NCBI GenBank assembly: GCA_963832165.1
Contig: CAWHTE010000002.1
Coordinates: 64,001-128,000, forward strand
Direction of reading: 5' to 3'
DNA: 64,000 nucleotides
Origin: an uncultured delta proteobacterium
GTDB taxonomy: Bacteria; Myxococcota_A; UBA9160; SMWR01
Under the pieces are notes generated by a model. It made no database searches. It had not been told where the DNA came from and saw nothing but the letters and a program-made list of their open reading frames with translations. Position numbers and translations under genes: made by a program. Shown piece after piece: positions 59,901 through 64,000 of this stretch. The first letter of the stretch is position 1. Every line of letters starts with the position of its first letter.

Positions 59901-62465
59901 GTCGAGGCAGCGACCGCTCGCACGTGTCACAGGCGAGGGACCCCAGAGCGCCGCGAGCGGTGCACCCGAGAGCACCGCATTCGCGCGGCGGCGATCGCCC
60001 GCGCGGCGCGCCGCCGCGAGCGCGCGGTCGAGCGCGGCTTCACACGCGCCGACCTTTCCGAGCCGCGCGAGCGCGATCGCGTGCACGAAGTGCGCCTTTG
60101 CCTCGCCGGCAGAATCGCCCGCGGCCGTGAGCTGCTCGGCTGCGGCGGACACCGCGTCGGCGCTCGTGCGCAGCGTCTTCGGATCGGTGAGCGCGGCGCG
60201 CTCACCAGCGAAGCACGTGTGCCACGCGCGCAGCCGATCCGACTCCGCGGTGAAGCGGCCCAGCTCCTCGATCGCACGCTCCGCCGTGGCGACCTCGCCC
60301 GCGGCGAGCAGCGCCTCGCACCAGTCGAGCGCGAGCTCGGCACGCGCGGAATCGTCCGGCTCGAGGCGTTCGAGCGCGCGGCCGAGCAGGCTCGCCGCCA
60401 CGGGCACGTCGTCGCGCGCGAGCGCGCGGCGCCCCGCGGACGCGAGGTATTTCGACGCGCGCTCGCCGAGCGCGCGGCCCTGCGCATCGATCGGCCCGAG
60501 CTCGGAGAGGTGCTGGTGCGCCTGCTCGAGATGCCAGCCGATCGTCTCGTCGTGCGGCGGCTCGTCGCCGACGCGGCCGACGACCCATTCGGCGAAGCGA
60601 GCGTGCAGCTCCGCGCGCGTGTTCTTGAGCAGGCGGCGGTAGGCGGCGTCGCGGATCAGCACATGGTGGAAGCGCAGCGCGGGTTCGCCGAGGAACCATC
60701 CCGTGTCCGATTCGATCAGCTCGGTGCGGCGCAGGGCTTCGAGCTGGCGGTCGAGATCGGCGATCTCGCGCGGGAGCAGCTCCTTCACCGCCGCGCGCGA
60801 GAACTGGCGCCCGACGACCGACGCGCGCTCGAGCACGGTGCGCTCCTCGGGCCGCAGCTTCTCGATGCGCGCCGCGAGCAACGCCTGGATCGTCGGCGGC
60901 ATGTCCAGCGCGGCGAGCTCCACGCCGACCGTCCAGTGGTCTTTCTCGCGCACGAGTGCGCCGTCGTGCACGAGCATGCGCACGAGCTCACCCACGAAGA
61001 GCGGGTTGCCCTCGCTCGCCGCGAGCACGCGGCCCGCGACGGCCGCGGGCAGTTCATCTGCGCCGATCGCGTTCGCGGCGAGCTTCATCGCGGCGAGCGC
61101 GTCGAGCCCGGAGAGCGTCACGACCTCGGAGACCAGGCCGCCCGGAGTCGCGAGCGAGGAGCGCGTTTCGCGCAGCTCGGGCCGCGCCGCGACGAGCACG
61201 AGCAGCGGCGCGTCCGCCGTCCACTGCACGAGGTGCTCGGTTAGATCGAAGAGCAGCGGCTCGGCCCACTGCAGGTCGTCGATCGCGAGCACGATCGGTC
61301 GCGTCTCCGCGAGCGCGCCGAGGAACCGGCGCACGACGAAGAAGGTCTCCTCGGGCGGGGCGGGCGTGCCCGCGATCAGCGCGGCGACGCCGCTCGCGAT
61401 CCGGCGGTGCTCGGAGTCCTCTCCGGGCATCGCCGCCGCGATCGCGCTGCGCAGCGCATCGCCCGCGATCGCGTCATCGAGCTGCAGCAGCTCGCGCAGC
61501 GCTGCGGCGAGGGGTGCGAACGTGCCGCCGCCGGCCTGATCGCAGCGCGCGGTCAGCACGGTGGCCTCGTCCTGGAGTCGCCTCGCCACCTCGGCCAGCA
61601 CGCGCGACTTGCCGAGCCCGGGCGAGCCCAGGATCACCGCGAGCCGCGCGCGATGCTCCGAGATCGCATCGTCGTACACCGCGCGCAGTCGCCGCAGCTC
61701 GCTCTCGCGGCCGACGAACGGCGTGGCCGACGCGCCCGCGGGCCGGTCGAGCGACACGACGCGGTAGGCGGCGACCGCCTCCCTGCGGCCCTTCAGCTCG
61801 AGTGCGCCGATCGGTGCGAGCGTGACGAGCTCGGACACGAGCCGGCGGGTCGACTCGCCGATCAGGACGTCGCCGTCCTGCGCCGCGTGCTGGAGGTGTG
61901 CCGCGACGTTGAGCGGGTCGCCGATCCCGGCCGCGTAGTCGTCGGAGACGACCACCTCACCCGTGTTCACGGCCACGCGCAGGCCGACGCGATCGGCGAG
62001 TTGATTCTCCGCGCGGAACTCGCGGAACGCCTCCTGCACCGCGACCCCCGCGCGCACGGCGCGGATAGCGTCGTCCTCGGCCACGTTCGGGATGCCGAAC
62101 GCGCACATCACTCCGTCGCCGAGCAATTGCACGACGGTGCCGCCGTGCGCCTCGATCGGCGCGCGCACGGCGCGGTGGTAGCGGTCCATCATGCGACTGA
62201 CGGCCTCGGCGTCGAGCCGCTCCTGCAACGCGGTCGAGCCGATCAGGTCCGCGAACACGATCGTGACGACTTTGCGCGCGGGGGGCTGCCCGGCACCGGC
62301 ATCCACTGGACGCGCGTCGAGCGTGGCGCCGCACGCCTCGCAGAATCGCGCATCCAGCGGGGCCTCAGCGCCGCATGCCGGGCAGCGTGGCGCGAGTGCG
62401 TTTCCGCAGCCCGCGCAGAATCGAGCAGCCGGGCGGTTCGCCCGGCCGCAGCTCGCGCAATCCAT
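50922..62465 (-). CDS. Giant protein 3 (3847 aa): Zn-ribbon - class III cyclase - STAND ATPase - TPR-like - ~9.5 tandem paired SnoaL/NTF2-like units
   Basis: Same motifs; uninterrupted ORF; GGAGG upstream. Confidence 0.88.
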   Translation of the reverse strand: MDCASCGRANRPAARFCAGCGNALAPRCPACGAEAPLDARFCEACGATLDARPVDAGAGQPPARKVVTIVFADLIGSTALQERLDAEAVSRMMDRYHRAVRAPIEAHGGTVVQLLGDGVMCAFGIPNVAEDDAIRAVRAGVAVQEAFREFRAENQLADRVGLRVAVNTGEVVVSDDYAAGIGDPLNVAAHLQHAAQDGDVLIGESTRRLVSELVTLAPIGALELKGRREAVAAYRVVSLDRPAGASATPFVGRESELRRLRAVYDDAISEHRARLAVILGSPGLGKSRVLAEVARRLQDEATVLTARCDQAGGGTFAPLAAALRELLQLDDAIAGDALRSAIAAAMPGEDSEHRRIASGVAALIAGTPAPPEETFFVVRRFLGALAETRPIVLAIDDLQWAEPLLFDLTEHLVQWTADAPLLVLVAARPELRETRSSLATPGGLVSEVVTLSGLDALAAMKLAANAIGADELPAAVAGRVLAASEGNPLFVGELVRMLVHDGALVREKDHWTVGVELAALDMPPTIQALLAARIEKLRPEERTVLERASVVGRQFSRAAVKELLPREIADLDRQLEALRRTELIESDTGWFLGEPALRFHHVLIRDAAYRRLLKNTRAELHARFAEWVVGRVGDEPPHDETIGWHLEQAHQHLSELGPIDAQGRALGERASKYLASAGRRALARDDVPVAASLLGRALERLEPDDSARAELALDWCEALLAAGEVATAERAIEELGRFTAESDRLRAWHTCFAGERAALTDPKTLRTSADAVSAAAEQLTAAGDSAGEAKAHFVHAIALARLGKVGACEAALDRALAAARRAGDRRRANAVLSGAPLAALWGPSPVTRASGRCLDVVRVLRITQGSPAVEAVALRCQGVLEALRGRSEAARRMIASSRRMVEELGITHRLLQADQFAGEIELIEGDPVAAERCLRAAYDGMRELGLGSDAAQCAAQLGRALLAQDRAAEAEAISHESEALAGDDLHSAIAWRDVRAEALARRGEPERAVELARAAVETAAATDALLWHAEARTALAAALRAAGRRSEAAAEEARATSLWETKGATLLVERAREGARDGGIAPVSRPTHDVAVDAGVHGHVGREEPKADPALRGPTPAPPARRRVRENAATAAAARIEAAVRARDEDAMLAAIEGFEVVHHPTGLSWDSGMATLESTRRLWRSDDFSYRLEPLATLGESLALCRQSIAASGNRWQHASVGPYEMPAIVVVEAGAEGQRASRFESFAADRLGDAVARLYERYAESLPEGLERARAAVIARFPHFGPYDPERYAAGLAPDIVFTDHRILGTSSARGSVAVEANFRSWTGLGDELQIRTDEILDLGPDAYVFRGAFSGIARDGGGAFERDVVSLAVFGADGRVSRFEVFDSDREADALARFDVLTAGPPARPSRRVRPNAATAVAARVDAAYAAHDVDAYAALQADDVEIIDHATGVTHGRAESLATMRILLRAEGLVRQEPLATLGDSLALCRCSVSGPSVAGGGFDVGAYDGARILLLEADAAGRYRRIEMFSPDRFGDAIVRLYERHAEQQRTAAAIDRAAAIARAITALAGPVDLDRFRAPILAPDIEWVDHRSLIGMGSIKGSAAALEWIRTLTDAADQAAIRLEDVIDLRADALLFRATSSGTDRASGGSFERPFVSIWIFDANGLVSRAEQFDPDRESDALARFDALTSEPARPARRVRPNTATVQQARLESAVAARDIAACAELFPDDTEVVDHLAGTTFVKRDTISAIRALLASRDLSYRVEPLASLGDSLALTRLSVSASGVAGGEVDVASYSSEEITLNMVSSDGHQLRAERFRADRLGNAIVRLYERYAELLPEGAERTRAAAFARAVANNVGRVDTERYAASLAPDIESFDHRTVGAGQGRGPELFLNAVRSLLELAPDAANRFDDILALRPDACLVRQTNFGTLRASGGAYERPYLSLSVAGPDGRLARFEMFEPDQIDAALAAFDASTSPSARPARRVRPNGATTHLARVERAVAARDEEEIAALYSDDTEVLDHEVGITYGRREILASLHAVLAGRDLSYRVEPLATLGDSLALARIATSASGVKSSQIDVGDFANEMFTLSESNAEGLQRYAERFAPDRLGAAVTRLYERYAEILPEGPERARAASTARSVGAVVVGGYDLERYTAAYSPAIEMVDRRKLGSFFARGPEAVLEMFRSWFAVADDIENHIDEILGLGPSALLVRTMFAGTARDGGGRFESPSISLMVFGSDGLQTRLELFELTQEQEALARFDELTAAPRRRARRVRPNAATANGARYDAAMAARDLSAAEQVFTDDTLHIHHPTGITYDRQGALTSFQIHMKARDPKTAHEPVATLGGSLALLHVSASASALESGGFDVGAYENHHLVLIEADREGRRSRAESFSEDRLGDAIARLYARYAELEPPGPGRARCLAIARAITVITGPMDLARSAALFAPDVEWVDHRSLVGIGSIRGAAAFLDWARKLAEIADGVVFRMDDVIDVRSNALLCRSTSRGTLRASGSTFERRFIFIWIFDAAGLVSRVEQFDAEHADDALARFDALVAEPTPPRRSVRPNTASAYAARLDTAIAARDLQGLDETLADPCEFVDRSTGTEFGRQGMLDSWRSLLRARDPVHRTEPIATLGDSLALCRTSAAASGFTGETVDVGPYELENITIFDVDAAGRLTHCEIFASDRLGDALVRLYERHVELLPEGPERTRAAATARTLAVWHGPADAERFATIFARDVIFRDRRSVVSLGTTRGADAVHRGIGIWFDTVADLTFDVVDVVAVRPERLLIEWHESGTDRASGGAYEAQYLSLRVFGAHGLATFVEWLDVDRRDEALARFEELTEAPTPSRPLPANAATAHTARVDEAIALRNTDALVELVAERAVILDHKTGTTFDREGWIASFRSLMKAREPQSLHEPLAILGDSLGLFRRTISATGFAGATLDVGSYLIDELDVLEADEQGRIAYAEVFAVDRLSDAIAKLYERYASEQPEGAERRRATAIARAIPVMLAPLDPDAIANLLALDVQYRDHRLLGWGSARGLVTVRRGVRDVAESITFTATPTDEILALRPDALLVHRTLEGEQRGVPFRSHPVALYVFDANGRLAQWENYDADERDAALARLDELVAPVAPPRLVENAATRSLDQFVQAWAARDWEAVRAVYAPEMRMSDRRSIVQLEFDLEEQLEFQRPLFEMKSSRVVAEIIATRGDRLALARMCTEVADGSIGPSEISSLAVWQVNPAGKAVAGARFDLDARDEAYAELDARYGAGEATEHPATWTALASLRGVLEAGEWGRIMALFSPDLFAEDHRLFGWGSANSPAEYVAAVRSLSDVAPDVTLRVDHVVLGDRAALFVASWIGSQAAGAFEIPVVTVFGFSRNGQVNRAHHYSLEQIAAARARFAEVEAPAVPARAVESAATRSIERFALAWSARDWKAVTALYAPGFRYIDQRSLMQLDIGLEHWFEFARPLFDMATSRISSEILATRGERLALSRMLVEVAGGSIGSASIGPSEIDSLIVCEVDAHGQRVANVRFDPNALDAAYAELDRRYAVGEAAEHPEMWAAISSMQSAISERNWGALPSRFSPDYIREDHRDEGSGTTHGSKLIVDSVRTLIKLRPDVSTRADHVELADRAALVVTHWVADELEDPFEVHSTNVFALGPDGTIGHDDIYDPEQLSAARARFAELATPRSPTAELDARYATGEAAAFPHIAGTMHAFLDAFALRDWDALAARMAPDLVVEDHRLLGWETVRSTADYVRTLHSLVDLAPDTQLRLDHAEMSQRGLIWIGAWVGTRDGGAFETPWITVSEHDARGIVLRFDQYDLEQLPAARARFEELRAKRE
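59134..59236. repeat. Inverted REP doublet in frame in giant protein 3 (TPR-to-repeat linker)
   Basis: Canonical 59134-59168 (-) plus variant 59206-59236 (+); translated GGIAPVSRPTHDVAVDAGVHGHVGREEPKADPAL. Confidence 0.9.
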
Positions 62466-62491
62466 CCGGGAGGCCCTCCGGTGGCGGAGCC

Positions 62492-62534
62492 ATTCTAATA
62501 GGTCTGGTCACCCCGGGGTGTGAACGGGTTCACA
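62492..62534 (-). promoter_or_regulatory. CRP-type box plus TAGAAT -10 element for giant 3
   Basis: TGTGAACGGGTTCACA at 62519-62534; TAGAAT at 62497-62492; 21-nt gap. Confidence 0.75.
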
Positions 62535-62624
62535 GGGCTGAAACAATGTTCGAATGGGTTTTACGACCGTTGTTGGGGCCCAAAACCCGCGGGGGGTGGC
62601 ACGTCGCTTGCTGCGTTGATCTGC

Positions 62625-63512
62625 ATGAGGGAGATCTTCCAGTGCGCGTGGCGGGACTGGAACGAGGACAACGCCTCGCGACTCGCGGCCGCGCTCGCCT
62701 ACTACACGGCGATCTCGCTCGCGCCGATGGTCGTGTTGGGCGTTCTGCTGCTCAAATACCTGGGCATCGACGGGCAGGTACTGATCGAGCAGCAGATGGC
62801 GATGCTGATGGGCGACGCCGGGCGCGAGATGGCGCGAGAGATGATCGAGAGCGCGCACGAGAGCGATGGCCGGCTCGCGGCCATCGTCAGCACGGCTCTC
62901 CTCGTCTGGGGAGCGTCGAACGTCTTCGCGCAGCTCCAAGACTCGATGAACACGATCTGGGAGGTGCAGCTGCGGCCGGATCTCGGCTGGGGTGAGACGA
63001 TCCGGCGGCGGTTCTTCTCCATGGCAATGGTATTCGGAATCGGCTTCCTGCTGCTGACCTCGATGTTCCTCTCCACGGTCGTCGCCGCGCTCGCGCACGA
63101 TATCGCCGGCGACGCTGCCGTCGTGACCACGCTGCTCGACGCCGTGCTCACCTTCACGGCCACGACCGTGTTCTTCGCCGCGATCTTCAAGGTGCTACCC
63201 GACGTGAAGGTCGGGTGGCGCAACGTGCTCCCGGGCGCGGCGCTGGCGGCGCTCTTGTTCACGTTCGGCAAGAGCCTGCTCGCCTGGTACCTCGCGGCGG
63301 GCTCGACGGCGTCGGCGTTCGGAGCGGCCGGATCGCTCGCTGCGGTGCTCGTCTGGGTCTATTACTCGGCGCAGATCATGTTCTTCGGCGCGGAGTTCAC
63401 GCAAGCGCACGCGGAAGTGCACGGGGCGCGGATCGAGCCCGACGCGGACACGGTTCCGGTGACTCGGGAAGCGCGCGCGCAGCAGGGGTTCGATCGCGGT
63501 GGCACCGCGTAG
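62625..63512 (+). CDS. YihY/virulence factor BrkB family membrane protein
   Basis: AAALAYY...SLAP, LQDSMNTIW, FKVLPD, GAAGSL...LVWVYYSAQI.FFGAEF; start inferred. Confidence 0.88.
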   Translation: MREIFQCAWRDWNEDNASRLAAALAYYTAISLAPMVVLGVLLLKYLGIDGQVLIEQQMAMLMGDAGREMAREMIESAHESDGRLAAIVSTALLVWGASNVFAQLQDSMNTIWEVQLRPDLGWGETIRRRFFSMAMVFGIGFLLLTSMFLSTVVAALAHDIAGDAAVVTTLLDAVLTFTATTVFFAAIFKVLPDVKVGWRNVLPGAALAALLFTFGKSLLAWYLAAGSTASAFGAAGSLAAVLVWVYYSAQIMFFGAEFTQAHAEVHGARIEPDADTVPVTREARAQQGFDRGGTA

Positions 63513-63521
63513 ACGCTCGCA

Positions 63522-63998
63522 CTAGCTGCCCGCGAGCTGTGCGAGCTGGCGGCGCGCGTCCTCGGCCTCGGGGAAGTTTCCGGCCGCGATCGCCGACTGC
63601 AGCATCTCCTTGGCGCGCGCGGGATTCCCGGCTTGCTGCAGCGCGCGGCCGAGCCGGTAACGGATCGACGGCGAGCTCGCGTCGCGCGCGAGCGCGGCCT
63701 CGAGCGCCGTGACTGCGTCTGCATACTCACCGCGCTGGTAGTGGACCCAGCCCAGCGTGTCGAAGATCGTGGGAGAGTTGTCGCGGGCCTGTGCCTCCTT
63801 GGCCAGCGCGAGCGCGAGGTCGAGCTCTTCGCCGCGCGATGCGAGCAGCCACGCGAGGTCGTTGCGTGCCCCTGCCGCGCCCGGGTGATGCCGGACGATC
63901 TTGCGCAGGCGCTTCGCCGCGGCATCCGCATCCCCGGACTCGAGCACGAGCTGCGCCGCGGCGTATCCGTATTCGCTCTCGCTGGGGGCGAGCTCGTA
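63522..63998 (-). CDS. Tetratricopeptide-repeat protein, C-terminal part (runs off the window edge)
   Basis: NDLAWLLA, DTLGWVHY, YRLGRAL TPR motifs; frame open to the edge. Confidence 0.8.
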   Translation of the reverse strand, partial: YELAPSESEYGYAAAQLVLESGDADAAAKRLRKIVRHHPGAAGARNDLAWLLASRGEELDLALALAKEAQARDNSPTIFDTLGWVHYQRGEYADAVTALEAALARDASSPSIRYRLGRALQQAGNPARAKEMLQSAIAAGNFPEAEDARRQLAQLAGS

Positions 63999-64000
63999 GG

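Noticed and set aside
20690..62465. Known anti-phage systems (Pycsar, Avs, CBASS) or NRPS/PKS
   Set aside because: No cNMP-binding effector, nuclease/TIR/SIR2 domain, CD-NTase, or A/C/KS/carrier motifs; a defence role is not excluded but is unsupported
62540..62552. LexA box-like GAAA-N4-GTTC
   Set aside because: Mismatched, and the left half is not conserved in the paralogous promoter

Overview
The window holds two unrelated-looking high-GC segments joined abruptly at ~18732, inside a parA gene. Segment A (1-~18732) looks actinobacterial (Nocardioides-like, by gene content). It carries cell-surface modification genes (PLD-like, LicD-methyltransferase fusion, sulfotransferase-like, acyltransferase-SGNH, two EEP proteins) and housekeeping genes, and from ~5.4 kb it is full of single-base frameshifts that look like long-read errors. 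Segment B (~18733-64000) is nearly error-free. It is dominated by three giant paralogous minus-strand genes (3384, ~4453 and 3847 aa) with the architecture double Zn-ribbon - class III nucleotide cyclase - STAND/AAA P-loop ATPase - TPR-like helices - tandem array of ~16-24 SnoaL/NTF2-like domains. Between them lie a divergent pair of AsnB-type amidotransferases, a methyltransferase and two toxin-antitoxin modules. Four perfect TGTGA-N6-TCACA (CRP-type) boxes sit 21-22 bp upstream of -10-like hexamers in front of two giant cyclases, the asnB pair and the methyltransferase, suggesting a cyclic-nucleotide feedback regulon. A 35-bp GTAG-type REP palindrome occurs at least 8 times. Three copies are inserted in frame in the giant proteins (peptide VGREEPKADPA), and others bracket the TA modules. 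All functional statements are inferences from motifs; no database searches were run.
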